This document shows, piece by piece, positions 11,160 to 26,232 of a DNA stretch of 64,000 nt; within the stretch, counting starts at the first letter, position 1; every line of letters starts with the position of its first letter. Origin of the DNA: the human T2T-CHM13v2.0 reference genome, Homo sapiens. The DNA is taken from assembly GCF_009914755.1 (NCBI RefSeq), contig NC_060932.1; one strand, written 5' to 3'. The notes under the pieces are model-generated. The model was not told the DNA's origin. It saw only the letters and a program-made list of their open reading frames with translations, and did no database searches. The position numbers and the translations under genes are program-made.

Positions 11160-12429
11160 TTATATCTTATATTCAGTTGTAAGACAACATTCTGTAGTGG
11201 TTATTTTTCTTCACTGACCAACAAAATTAACTCCTAGGAAGTCCACCTCTCCTCCACCAATCAATAAAAACACACATGATTCAGCAATTAGCAGATATGA
11301 GTGGTCTCCCTGGGTGAAAAGGTAATGTCTTACAGTTTTCTCCCTTCTCCCACCATGAAAGGGAATGCCTTGCCAGGGGATCATTCCCCAGCAACAACCC
11401 CACGAGCAGTGTGGATGCTTTGTTTACTACATTGCAGACTCTAAAAGCAAAGTTTTGCAAAAGGTTGGAAGTGAATTACTATTCCTAAACACTGGTTTTA
11501 TTCTGATACTACTAAAACCCAAAACAAGTATTAAAAATGTCTAAGTCAGATTAACTTTTTTAAAAAACTCACAAATTCAGACACTATGCCTAATTTTTTG
11601 AAAATGTTCCAGTGAATGATTTCTAAGAAGAGGTCATATAATTAAATTGAAAAATGTAGAGGCAAGTCTGATAATCCCCAATTTCCATAAAACTCAACAC
11701 CTGCTGCCCATGTAATAAATCAGTTTGTGAATCTAATTGCTCTTGTTTTGCATGCTTCTATGAGCCTGTACAGCTAAGCTAACACCATTGTCATAGCCTT
11801 AATCACAGTCAGGTTTATTTTTGTTGGCAGCCCTATGCAAATCATTGTATTATGGGTCTTTGCACTTAATTCACTTAGATTATACCCTGATACTGAAAAC
11901 AGATTGTAAAACAGGAAGGGTTTCTGAATTGTTTAATTAACTATGAGCTGTAATTTCTATTTATATCTAAGCGAAACGTTATAGCTCTGTGTTAAATATT
12001 CATAGGAAAACAGATTATTCTGTTTCTAATTTATAATACTTAAGCTTGTTGTAATTTAGAAGTTATAGCTACCCACAGAGCGAATATACCAGCATTTTTT
12101 TCAATGTTTTGAGCCAATTTCTTTTATGTGAACTAACCTCTGGAACAAAACACCTAATTTACTAAATGCTATCTTGGTAGCCTAAAAGAGTTACAGCAAC
12201 TTCAAAGTGGCCCAGCTTTTACCCTCTGTCTTTACATCTTCTACCATATGCTCTTTTCAAGGAACCATGGGGAAACCAATTGTGTCAGTCGATTACCACC
12301 AATTATTGTTGGTCAATTAAATTCTCAAGAGCCAGAAAAAGCCTGGTATCTACCTCACATTTTTTTAACCTCACTCACTTTTTCTAGCATGGTAAACTGT
12401 CTAAGAAAAAAAAAAAAGGAAGAGTCATC

Positions 12430-13845
12430 AATTAAAGTGCAATCATATGACCCCAAAAGCACAGGCAACAAAAGGAAAAATAAGACAAATGAGATTACAT
12501 ACATCAAACCAACACTTCTGCACAGCAAAGGAAACAATCAACAGAATGAAGAGACAATCAAGAAAATGGGGAAAATATTTGCAAACTACATATCTGCTAA
12601 AGCTGGGGTGTCCAATCTTTTGGCTTCCCTGGCCCACAATGGAAGAAGAAGAATCATCTTGGGCCATACATAAAATATAATAACACTAAAGATAGCTGAT
12701 GAGCTAAAAAATAATTACACAAAAAATCTCATAATGTTTTAAGAAAGTTTAGAAATTTGTGTTGGGCCGCATTCAAAGCCATCCTGGGCCGCATGCAGCC
12801 CACGGGCCATGGGTTGGATAAGCTTGTGATTAGGGATTAACATGCAAAATATATAAGAACTCAAACAACTCACTAGCAAGAAAACAACCCAATTTAAAAA
12901 TGGGCAAAGTCCCTGAATAGGTATTTCTTAAAAGAGAACAGACAACAGGTATATGACAATATGCTTGATATCACTAATCATCAGGGAAATGCAAATTAAA
13001 ATCATGATAAGCTCTCACCTCACACCTGTTAGAATGGCTATTTTAAAAAGATAACAGATAAGTGTTGGTAAGGATGTGGAGAAAAGGGCACCCTCACACA
13101 CTCTTGGTGGGAGTGTAAATTACTACAACCATTATGGAAAACACTAAGGAGGTTCCTCAAAAAATTAAAAACAGAACTACCCTTTGATTCAGCAATCCAA
13201 CCACCAGGTATTTACCCAAAGAAAATCAGTATGTCAAAGAGATAGCTGCATTTCCATGCTTATTGCAGCATTATTCACAATAGCCGAGTTATAAAATCAA
13301 CCTTAAAGTTCATCACTGGATGAATGAATTTTTAAAATTGTGGTATATATAATGGAATACTACTCAGCCATAAAAAGGAAATCCTGTCATTTGCGAGAAC
13401 ATAAATGACCCTGGAGGACATTAAATTAAATAAACCAGGAGCAGAAAGATAAATAGTCCAGATCACTCATATGTGGAATCTAAAAAAGTTGATCTTCTAG
13501 AAGTGAAGAGTAGAATGGTACAGGGACTAGGGTGGTTGGGGGCAGAGTGGAGGTTGCTGGGGGGATGTTAATGAAAGGATAAAAAATTTCAGGTAGCTAA
13601 AAAGGATATGTTCAAGAGATCTATTGATCAACACAGTGACTATAGCTAACATTATATTGTATTCTTCAAAAATGCTGAGTGTGGATGTAGAGTGTTCTCA
13701 CCACAAAAATGGTAACTATGTGAGGTAATGAATATGTTAATTAGCTGGAGTTCCTCATTCCACAATGTATATATACTTCAAAACAGTATGTTGTACATGA
13801 TAAATACATACAATTTTATCTACCAATTTTAAAAAATAAACCTAA
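12430..13845 (+). mobile_element. L1MA-type 3' end, interrupted by MER30
   Basis: ORF2-end remnants plus the L1MA 3'UTR (gttcaagagatctattg...gtgttctcaccacaaaaatggtaactatgtgaggtaatg...aaaaaataaa). Confidence 0.85.
12603..12826 (+). mobile_element. MER30 (hAT-Charlie DNA transposon fossil) nested in L1
   Basis: ggggtgtccaatcttttggcttccctgg...gggccgcatgcagccc...gggttggataagcttg matches the recalled MER30 consensus. Confidence 0.88.
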
Positions 13846-14799
13846 AGACTCTTAAATCCAATCACATTAGTCTCTTGCCATGAGAGAACCTATTTGCATC
13901 GAAATATTCTAATAGAGTAGAATTATGTTCAGACTTTTCCTATTGATTAATCTGATCTCAGAACCCTTCTAGATGTTAATATTTTCACACAAACTGAGAA
14001 GTGGTAAATAAAAGAGGAAGAAGAGCATAGGATGTTCATGAACATTCGCTACTAAACTATATTCCATCTACAAGACCACATGGCTAGACAAGCTCAGCCA
14101 AGGGCCCTCACAGGACCTCTCTTCACATGTGAAGAGAAAAGGGTTCCAACAACCATAGATATCAGGCAGGACCTCAGGACCTCTTCTGCTGCTGGGCAAT
14201 CAATCTCCGAGTCGGTTAAAGTAAATGTAATTGGTATTTAAGGTAAATATGTAGAGATAGGACCCTGGAAAGTCCTTGAGTGAGTTTTCAGAGACTATAC
14301 TGGAGTCACAAGCAGGGCTGAAGAAATGAGTCACTAAAGAATGACTGCTCTTTGGACTCCAAGTATGCATCATCTTTGCACAACTATTAAGCCATGAACT
14401 GCAAACATCCTCCTGAGGAAGGCATCCATTAAACTCCCAAACAGAAACTAGGTGCTTGTTCAAATTTAATTTAGACAAAGACAAGGTGCCCCCTGCCAGC
14501 TCTGGCAGGAGCCAATTCTACACAGAATGGGCTGTCCTTCAAAGAAACTGGGACACTCAATCAACGAGGGTGTGTCTGGGGGGTGTGGAGCTGGGGACCC
14601 TCTGCTTAGGGGTTTTCCTCACATTCTAAATAACATCTAGGGGAGGTACACTTGGTCAAACTCAGCTTCCAGAGGAAAGTAGACTTGAGTCACCTCTCAC
14701 TGCTAGAGTCAGACCCTCACTAAATCCAGTTGGTCCTTTCTTTGTGATGACTTCCCTTTAAACACCTTCCACTTTGTAAGATATTGAGCACTTTCTCTA

Positions 14800-15020
14800 T
14801 AATAATATATAACAGTGGATTGCTTACTCTATGCCAGATATTTTCGTAAATGCCTGAAATTTATGCCTGTGAAGTAGTACAATCATCTCTATTTTACAAA
14901 CACAGAAACTGAGGCACAGAGGTGCTAAGGAACTTACTAGAAAGAGTTCAGTTACTAGATGACGGAGCTAGGGCTGAGTGCAGTCTGATTCCAGGACCTG
15001 CTCAGAGCCATTATGTTACA
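14800..15020. mobile_element. MIR
   Basis: attttacaaacacagaaactgaggcacagagg core. Confidence 0.65.
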
Positions 15021-16247
15021 TGAGGCAAATGAAAACAAGCAAAATTCTGCCCCTGCCCACTAAGAGACCAGAGATTATTTGCTTGCTTACTTGTTTCTTG
15101 TTTGCAGGAATGGGGGTGGGTTGAAAACTATAGAAAGCTCAATAAATTATTTAAATACAGTGTGACATGACTATAACAGATTTATGAATAGAGAATCTAA
15201 CTCAATCTGGAATATAAAATGTGGGGTAAGAAATGGGCTGAGTGTTGCTGGAGAGGCTGAGGCATGGCAAGCTTTGTATACCAAGAACCTTGGGATTTAC
15301 ACTGTAGCTTTAGGAGAACTGCCTTTTGGATGGATCATTCTGGCTGCATATGCCAGAAAGGCGCAAGAAAACAGATAGAGGGATAATGTTGGCAATTATT
15401 TTATAATGCAGTCAGGGAAATTTAAGGAACAGGTTGAGAGAGACTTGACAGCAAAAGTGGAGAATTATTTTAAAATGAGGAATGATGGGGCTGGATAGTA
15501 AAAGACTGTCAGGGTGAATGGGAAAGGAACCGAAACACACAACGATGTCAATTTCAGGCATGTTTAATTGTGCTCTCCATGTCCTGTGTAAAAGGGATGC
15601 CAAGAAAGCATGTAAAGGTATGAGAGTGACTCTCTAGGGAGAGATCTGAACAGAAGATAAATGTATGAAAACATTAGCATATGAATAAATTTATTCTAAT
15701 TCACCACACCCATCTTGAAAGAAAAAAAGATCAGACATATTCCTAGGGAACAAATATGTATAATAGCAATGTAATTTGAAAGACTGACCTCCAAGTATGA
15801 GGAAGATAGAAACCAGACTTGACTTAGAACTTCTACTGGTGTCCGAAGCTATTATTGCTAATGGTTAGGAGACAACTTCTTGAGTCTTGATTTTTCATCT
15901 CCTCTTCAAAGTGCCCTCTACCCTTCTTCACTTTGTTGCAAGCACTGCTTTGTCCTTTCACTCCTAATTTTCCAGTGGTGTTTCGGTGTTCCTCCTTTTG
16001 ACTCTCTATTTTCTCTAGGAGTCTCGTGTATGTACATAACAGACAAACAAACAAACAAACAGGAAATCACCTCCCATCAATCAGTATTTACTCTGGGTAA
16101 GCTGTCAAGTGACTAACAATGACTATACACAACTTCGATCTTGATGTATCTATTTTTTTATATCTATTAAGTCTGTGTTCCAAATGAGAGGAAATTACCT
16201 ACATTCTGCATTTCATTATCATTTCACTACAGCATATGAGTTTTTAT

Positions 16248-16280
16248 GCACACACACACATACACATACACACACACATA
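16248..16280. repeat. (CA)n microsatellite, interrupted
   Basis: cacacacacacatacacatacacacacacata. Confidence 0.85.
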
Positions 16281-17927
16281 AGGACAACTTATTATGACTT
16301 TATTTCTACTGGTATAAAAGGTAAAAGACCTTTAAAAGCAACATAGATTCCTTACCTCAGCCAAATCTTCATAATCTTTACATTTTAAGTCAGTCCCCAA
16401 CTTAAGCCAGATAGCTAGATGTTTATTGGTGTGATTTGATAAGGGTTGAGAGGCTGTGCAAAAAATAAATCTCCCCTCAACGTCTACCCATTCCAATTTA
16501 TGATAACTTGGTGTCAAGCCATAGAAGGTCACCATTAAAATGCAAATATATCATCTGGAATAATAACTCATACTGCCATTACATTCTATTAGCATACTAG
16601 AATAAATTTATCATATTAACCTACAAGTCACTTGATATGACTTTAAGACAATAGCATGGTATATTAAATTTGGGTGGTGGGATAGAAGAAAGAGACTAGT
16701 CCAGAATATGAGGCAAGGCCTGGGATAAAAAGGAAGCCGGGGTCCCCTAGGGGGAAGGATGTCAAAAACAGAAGGAATAAACAAATTTGCCTGGAGCAGT
16801 CTTGCCCAGATGATGAAAAAGCACTTTCACTTCTGAGTGTCTGGTTTTGAGATGATTTAAAACATGGTCATTATTTGCTTGAAATCCTGCAGGAAACTTT
16901 GAATTATATATGTACATATTGTACTAGTTATCTTAGAAATGTGATTGGGCTGCAATTATGTCAGTAAAGCTCTAACTACCAAAAGAAAATTGTATGGCAT
17001 TCTCTATCATGCCTGGACAAATTTAGATGATTGAAAGCATAAACCAGGCCATATTTTATACTACATCTACATAAAGAAAAGCAGGAAAAGTCTTAGCTCA
17101 TGCATGCTGGATGCTAAAACAACTTTGGGACTGAATAGTAGAAGGAGCGTTCGCCTCTGGGAAAATGGACACTGAAATACAGTAGCAATCCTGCCTCGGC
17201 TACACAAAGTCAGGATCGTGATTCACTGACAGAACTGCTGAGCTCCATATGGTTTAAAAACTCCAGCCGGAAAGCCAGTTTTTCTGGAAATGGCAAATTA
17301 CACTTAACTATTTTAGCTAAAGACACACTTCGTATAATTCTCAGACACAAATTATGGTGAACTGTAAACTTATATTGTGGTGTGTGCAACTAGAACAACA
17401 GTAAACATTGTATCTTGTCTCTTTTAACACCATAATTTTTTAGACTCAACAAAGATCTCTTAATTCCAGGACCTACTAACAGTGCTCTTCATTTTATGAG
17501 ATATGCATGTCAAAGTACCTAGTAAGGTACCAGATATATGTATATTAGGTGCTTGATAAGTGTTTGCTAAATCTGAACCTAGGAAAACAAAATGATTTTA
17601 AAAATGTCTCTCTCAGTAAATTTTAATCACTGGTGTCTTCAAATAATGCAATACCAGATCACTTCTCTTCCCTCTGAAATCCCATTTGACTAGGTGATAC
17701 AAAAAGGACTTGACTATCGCCATGACAGATATGTGAGCTGTGTGAACACTTCCTATCTGTATATATTTTATTTTATACCTGGTTTCCAAATAGTTTCCCC
17801 TCTCATTCTTCTTTGTCTGCTCCACATATTTCTTTTATAGGGAAATAAACTGCCTGGCTTCTCAGTTTTTACCACCAATACTGGCAGAGCTAGATTTTAA
17901 TCATTTTAATTCACTTGGAATTTCTTG

Positions 17928-18133
17928 TAGGGTTGCCATATTTAGTGAATAAAAAATATAGGATGCCCAATGATATTTGAATTTCAGATAAATTAAATTT
18001 GAATTGCAGAATAATTTTGAGTATAAGCATGTCCCATGCAATATTTGAGACACACTTTTACCAAAAAATTTTATTTGTTGTTTCTCTAAAATAAAATTTA
18101 AGTAAACATTCTGCATTTTATCTGGCAACTCTA
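17928..18133. mobile_element. MER53 (hAT-Blackjack MITE)
   Basis: Terminal inverted repeats TAGGGTTGCCA...TGGCAACTCTA; internal ggatgccca...tttgaatttcagataaa...agtataagcatgtcccatgcaatatttg. Confidence 0.8.
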
Positions 18134-18704
18134 GTGACTTGATAAAATCATAGATTATGACTTTGAACTTATCACGCTACAGATAAGGTGCCTGAAGCAT
18201 GGAGATGAAGAAACTGATGTAACTCAAACAGGCACCCAGTAACAGCCTTGACTACCACCCAGGCCTTGAAACCGCCAGTCAACAACTCTGCTACAATCTT
18301 GCCTCCCTGTAAAACCATCTGGTTAAATTTATCCAATTGCCATTGTTTAACTGAGTATATCTCATTACTGGCTCCCAAGGGTACAGGGCATTTTCATTAC
18401 AGCTGAATGGTGAGTTCCACTCTGCCCCACCAAACATGCACACACAATTGTAGCAAGGTCTTTTTTTGTAATAAATTTGGTAATCAGTTTACTATTATCT
18501 TCATTATACGTATGATACTGAATTGTAGTTGTTTCTATACATACATTTCTTTCCAATAAGAGTGCATACTCCTTGAGGTCAGGAACTCAATTCATCTCTA
18601 GCACAGGTCCTGACTTACAGGGGCCTTTCACTAAATACTTAATAAAGCTCTAAAAACTATTCAACTGTTTAAATGACAGTATAGTATTCAAAAGGGAAGC
18701 GATC

Positions 18705-19089
<385 letters not shown>

Positions 19090-20109
19090 TTATGACATCG
19101 CCAAAATAAATGTACTCATACATATTAGCTATGGTGCTAATCTGATACTAGGAATAACTACTTCTTCGACAAATGATAACCAATGTTATTTGAGCAGGTA
19201 CTACATTCTCTCACAATCTCATTTAATCCTTATAAACTACTACTTTGCATGCTCACTTAAAAAATAGGTAAACTGAAGCTTGTCAAGGTTAGTAATGCAC
19301 CCAGCATCCCCACAGACCACAGCAGGGTCTGGACTTGAATCTAGGTGTCTCCAATTCCAAGTCCATGTGTTTAACTACTACTCTTTGGCAGTTCCACTGG
19401 TGGTCTCACATCCCTATGTGATGTGAGTCGCTGGAATGGTGGGGGGTGGTCCCAATATCAGCTACTCCTTACAGGAGAGGCACCTAAATTATAGCAATTA
19501 TTTTCATAGGTGACATGATCACTTCCTGGTGTACATAAATGTTTTATTTATGTTACTTTTTATGAAATTATCATTCAGGAAGTGTGTTCATGCATTTGCT
19601 TCACCCTGCATCTCTTTCTGGTTGGAAGACAAAATACAGATCACATTTTTATTTACTATAATTACAAAAAAATTTGAATTTAAAATTTAAAAATGGAAGA
19701 AAGTAGAAATAAATTATTAAACTGAACTACTGACTATAGGGAAATACTTGGTGGTGCACAGTTTGCATTTAAGTGTAAATGAGCTTTACTCAAGTCAGTA
19801 AGAAAAACTCAAACTTATAATCAAGTGAATTTTAAAATATGCATAATAGAAATAAACTATTTAGATTTTTCAAGTCCCATTTTAGTATGGTTATCAAATT
19901 TCTTTATAAATCACCTAATCCATGATCCATTACTCTCCTGTTGATGTATATTTTTACTACTGAAAATCATAGTTAATTTTATATGTATTTAAAATCACCT
20001 GTAAAGTAGATCTTCTAAAACTTGTTTAGAGAAAGTGATACAAAATATGACACAGTTCATTGAACTTTGTTAGTTTTAAGTATTCCAGGACTTACTTTCA
20101 TATTAGCTT

Positions 20110-20579
<470 letters not shown>

Positions 20580-20710
20580 TGCCTCTCCATTTTAATTACA
20601 GAAGTAATTCTGCCACAAGTGGAGCCAAAATTTCACTTGAAGAAACCTTGATTTTTTATCCTCCACTATGGCATTTCCCACAAATATATAAAATGAAATG
20701 AAGATGAATG

Positions 20711-20811
20711 CAGTGGTTCTCAATCCTGGCAACACATCAGAATCACTAGGTCTAGAACCAGGCCAAGTTCACTAGGCGATTCTTATTAACAGTCAAGTTT
20801 GAGAAGCGCTG
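20711..20811. mobile_element. Internally deleted MER5-type hAT element
   Basis: TIR-like ends cagtggttctcaa...ttgagaagcgctg. Confidence 0.6.
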
Positions 20812-21278
20812 GCTCAAGCAATACAAGACATGACTAGAGAGTACTGCCACACTTTTCTTTATGTTGCTTGTAGAATACATCTTAATTAAAAAGTAGGACT
20901 GGCATTTAGAAGTAGCACCACCAACAAAAACACTTTTGTGAAATCTCTTCTTCTTGCATTCCTTTGCGACTTGTGGCAGGAATAGGGGACTCTCAGGGTG
21001 ACCATCCACATAGGAGAAGGCCTGCTCTCCCCTCATATCCAAAAAGACTGTGAAAGTTAGGGATGCTTTTACAGCAGCAGAGTTTGCCACCCTCTGCACT
21101 ACCTCATCTTTTGATCTAACAATTTTTTTGTGGGTGTGGCAATTGCCACAGCCAGCTTGGAGAACCTGGCCTGCTCATTCCAGAAATATTGGCCCCTTGA
21201 GTGCCTTAGAAACCATAAAAGAAGAGTTGGTTTGTACAGTCAGCTTTATTACCCTTTCCCCACTCCCATTTCTATGAT

Positions 21279-21650
21279 TGATATGGTTTGAGTCTATGTC
21301 CCCACCCAAATTTCATCTTGAAGCGTAATCTTCATAATCCCCATGTGTCAAGGGTGAGACCTGGTGGGAGGTGATTAGATAATGGGGGTGGTTTCCCCAA
21401 CACTGTTCTCATGAGAGTGAGTTCTCATGAAACTGATGGTTTTATAAGTGTTTGACAGGTCCTTCTTCACACACTCATACTCTCTCCTGCTGCCTTGTGC
21501 AGATGGTACCTGCTTCCCCTTCTGCCATGATTGTAAGTTTCCTGAGGTCTTCCCGGCCATGTGGAACTGTGAGTCAATTAAGCTTCTTTCCTTTATAAAT
21601 TACCCAGTCTTGGGTATTTCTTTATAGCAATATAAAAATGGACTAATACA
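21279..21650 (+). mobile_element. MSTA/THE1D-type MaLR solo LTR with 5-bp TSD ATGAT
   Basis: TGATATGGTTTG...GGACTAATACA flanked by ATGAT at 21274-21278 and 21651-21655. Confidence 0.9.
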
Positions 21651-22149
21651 ATGATTTTCTACTAAAATGTAGAGAACAAAGAAGAGGCACCTTCATTCAC
21701 TTCTACACAGAGCATCAAAGCTGCCCCACTATGATGAGAAATGTCAAAGGCATATCCAGAGCAAAAGTATTTAGAAAATTAAAGAAGTTGACTCTCAAAG
21801 GTTTGCCAAGGAGGCAAGTCTTTACAAGTATCAGCTCAAGGCTCCATTTAACTTGCAAATTGAGCTAAACAGGGTGACCCTGGTTTTGTTTGTCTGTTCA
21901 TCTCAGTGTGCAAAATATTTTTTTCCTGACTATGATGCATGATGTGTATCTTTAACCATGACTGTAATAGGGCAAATACTTTGTGTGTTTCTTCTTAAAC
22001 TCATGTGTGCCAATTATATTTGTTATTGTAATTTTGCAATTTAATTATATTGCATAAGATGCACTCTGAGTGTAAAAAGGGTTTGTTGTTGTTTCAAAAC
22101 TAATCCTAGAGCTTTCAGATAGATCTTTGATAAAAGCAAATTTAAGTAT

Positions 22150-23290
22150 TTTGTGTAAACAAATGCCAGCGTAACTTCCAAGTGGATCAAGGATTCAAAT
22201 GTAAAAAATAAAAGCATGAAAGTACTAGAGAAAAACACTGTGGATAATTGCTTTATAATTTTCAAGTGCTTTACTATGAATAAAAATCCTAAAAACAAAT
22301 AAGAAAAGGTTGGTAAATTCAACTAAATGTCTAAAACATGCATAACATGAAATACCATAAGCAAAATTAAAAGGCAAGCAACAGACTGCAAAGATACTAG
22401 ATTATATATAAAGGGCAATCTGAACATATTAAAAGTTCATAAAAACCCATAATACAAAAATCAACAAATAATAGACAAGAGACTGGGAAATAACCGAAAT
22501 TCAACAGAAAAGGAATAACTGACTTTAAAACATATAAACTCTATATCAACTCCACTAATAATAACAACAATAACAATAGCCTAAACGTACTATGTGCCAG
22601 GCACTAGTCTAGCTCTTTACACATACTAACACATATAGTTCTTAAAGCAGCCCTATGAGGTGGTTATTCTTTTTCTCTGCAGTATATACACCAGGACATT
22701 AGAGACACCAAAAGTTAAGACATTTGCCCAAGGTCACAGAGCTGGTAAGTGTTACAGCCTAAATTTAACCCTGAGTGGTGGGTTCCAGAGGCTGTGTTCT
22801 TAACCACTATGAATACTTCCTTTTATAATAGGAGAAATCACATTAAAATCACATTGAGATATAATTTTTTACCTCTCATACTGACAAAATTTTAAAAATT
22901 TTCTAACAAACTGTCTTGGCAAAGCAGTGGAGAACACAGGCACTCTAACACTTCGCTGGTGACATGTAAACACAACACCTACGGGGGGAAATCCAGCAAT
23001 CTCACTCCTAGGAATTCATCCCACACATGTAATTGTACACATGCAAGATTATATATTTCTGAGGTTATTATTCTTACAGCATTGTCTGCAATAGCAAAAG
23101 ATTGGAGAAGCTTTACTTGTCCATCATAATGTCACAGCCATTCGGTAGAATACTACACAACCATAAAAAGAAGAAAGCAGTCTTCTATCCACTAATATGG
23201 AATGACCTCCAACATACAGCAAACGCAAAAGCAAGATGCAAACCAGTGGGTATAGTGTGCTATCTTTTGTGTAGAGAAAAGGAATAAGAA
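22150..23290 (+). mobile_element. Degraded L1ME-type segment with MIR insertion (~22560-22810)
   Basis: A-rich L1 ORF2/3' remnants; MIR motif ttgcccaaggtcacagagctggtaagt. Confidence 0.6.
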
Positions 23291-23721
23291 TATGCATTTG
23301 TTGGACATTCTAGGGAGTAAGAAAAGAGGATTCTGAATTCCAAACCCAGGTCCATTCTCAAAGGAAAATCCTTGGCCTAACCTCAAAACATTGACAAATA
23401 AGTATACCCTATGCCTTTTAAGTTAAAAATAAAATGATTAAATATGAATTCATTATCTTCATATGAGTCTCCACTATGGCCAACTTTGTCAGTTAATCTA
23501 ATCATGGCTTGATGGGGTTTAAAGGTGATGCTCTAGGAAAAGTGCCTTCTGCTTAAGGGACCCTCTACATAGTAATGCCACTCACTACCCAAGTGCAGTG
23601 ACTGCCTCCTTTGTCCTTGTGCTTCTGCACTTTCTCCTTCGTTTGAGTTTCCATTTCTCCGCATTATTCAGAAAAATTTTCTATCCATGCTCTTTCTGAG
23701 GTCTTCAGTCATACTATGTAA

Positions 23722-24318
<597 letters not shown>

Positions 24319-24430
24319 AGGGTCATCCAGAGAAAAGAGATTTTGTTACGTTTATTCTACTGCACTAAATAACAAGGCCAAAATATGTTACTATTCTATA
24401 TTTTTATCATAAAAATATATTTTGGTTTGT

Positions 24431-24740
24431 GCCAGGTGTGGTGGCTCACAACTGTAATCCCAGCACTTTGGGAGGCCGAGGAGAGCAGACTGCTTGAGCC
24501 CAAAAGTTTGAGACCAGCCTGGACAGCACAGAGAAACCCCGTCTTTACAAAAAATACAAAAATTAGCCAGGGGTGGTGGTGCCTGCTGTGGTCCCAGTTA
24601 CTGGGGGAGGTGGAGGGTAGAGGCCAGAGAATCCCTTGAGCCCAAGACGTTGAGGCTGCAGTGAGCCAAGATCACGACACTGCACTGCAGCCTGCGCAAC
24701 AAAGAGAGACCCGGTCTCAAAATAAATAAATAAATAAATA
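24431..24740 (+). mobile_element. AluJ
   Basis: tgcttgagcccaaaagtttgagacc and ttgagcccaagacgttgaggctgcagtgagcc (J-type); (AAAT)n tail. Confidence 0.88.
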
Positions 24741-25876
24741 ATTATTTTGTTTTGCTTCTTAAAGCAAGCAAATATATTATTTTTGTGGAAGTATCCTAAA
24801 TCATACAACTTCACGAGTATTTTATAACCAACCTTATTGCTTTACATAAGGTTAACGTTTTATAATTCATGCAATAAATTATTTATTTTAGGAACTACTT
24901 TCACAGAAAAGTAAGTAGACAGTTGGCTCCTTCATAAAGCTACTTTAGAAAGCATGCTTAAGTAGGAAGTAAGCTATCCCTAAAATATATTAATTACCTG
25001 TCTAGAAGGGAATTTGGAATCTTTTAAACAAAGAAAAATGTATTCTTTGGCACCAGATTATGTATGCTCCTTACTGAGTGAACTTCAATGCATTTTGACT
25101 TCCAGTACCTTAAATTGTGAAGTACAAACCATTTCTCGGCCAATGTAAGTCAATAAAATATAAAAAGAAAATATTTTTACACGCTTCAGTAAGGATGTGT
25201 CTACAAATTGCTCACAAATATAAAGAATGCCATTTTTATTTTAAGAATATATTTAGAAAAGGTTTAAATGATAGGCATTTTTATTATGCACTTGAATCTG
25301 CTCCACTGGAGAGCATATTGTCCTGTCTCTAAAAAATATTCATTTCCTGCCTTAAAAAGCCAATACTTTAAATAGTGCATAGTAGAAAGCGCTGTGCACA
25401 AACAGAATGCTATGGGAATTCAGAAGCAAAATTTAATGCTTCTGGCTGAAGGAATCATAGATGGTAATGGTATTTTTAGATTATTGTTCTGTAATAATAT
25501 AGTACCCTACCCTCACACTATATATTATTTATTATTTTAATATATAATAAAATATAGTAGTATTTTATTAAAGTTGGGCTTGATCATGTGACTTACTTTG
25601 GCCAATGAAATTTTAGCAAACATGATACTAGCAGAGGCTTTAAATGTACTCATTTTCATACTTTATCATGTATTCATTAGACTCAAAATGATGAGAGACT
25701 CATGGGTCAAATCTGAAGCAAAGCAAACCCCAAAGCAAGTCCAGCTCACCACGATTGAAAACACAGCTGTCCAGCTGAACCCAGCCCTAAAGCAGCCAAA
25801 CCATAGTCAACCAGCAGTTGCTTGAGCATGAGATGTTGCAGTAAGTCACTGAGATTTTGAGTTTTTTATGTGGCAC

Positions 25877-26232
25877 TGTATTAGTCCGTTCTCATGCTGC
25901 TATGAAGAAATACCTGAGACTGGGTAATTTATAAAGAAAAGAGGCTTAATTGACTCACAGTTCTCCATGGCCAGAGAGGCCTCAGGAAACTTACAATCAT
26001 GGCAGAAGGTACCTCTCCACAGGGCGGGAGGAGAGAGAATGAGTGCCGAGCGAAGGAGAAAGCCCCTTATAAAACCAACAGATCTGGTGAGAATTCACTC
26101 ACTATTATGAAATAGCATGAGGGAAACCACTCATATGGTTCAATTACCTCCACCTGGTCCTGACCTTGACACATAGGGGGTTATTACAGTTCAAGGTAAC
26201 ATTGGGTGTGGACACAGAGCCAAACCATATGA
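25877..26232 (-). mobile_element. THE1-type LTR nested in the 3' end of an older MLT1 LTR (~25480-26262)
   Basis: tgtattagtccgttctcatgctgctatg...gccaaaccatatga, near-TSD ggcac/agcac. The flanks rejoin as MLT1-like gtggcac|tattgtggcaaaaactgactgat. Confidence 0.85.

Noticed and set aside
16355-17285. Possible minus-strand exons (donor GAG|GTAAGG near 16355; acceptor near 17283 giving KLAFRLEFLNHMELSSSVSESRS-stop)
   Set aside because: Each lacks a convincing partner site and has no EYA similarity; consistent with chance in a large intron.
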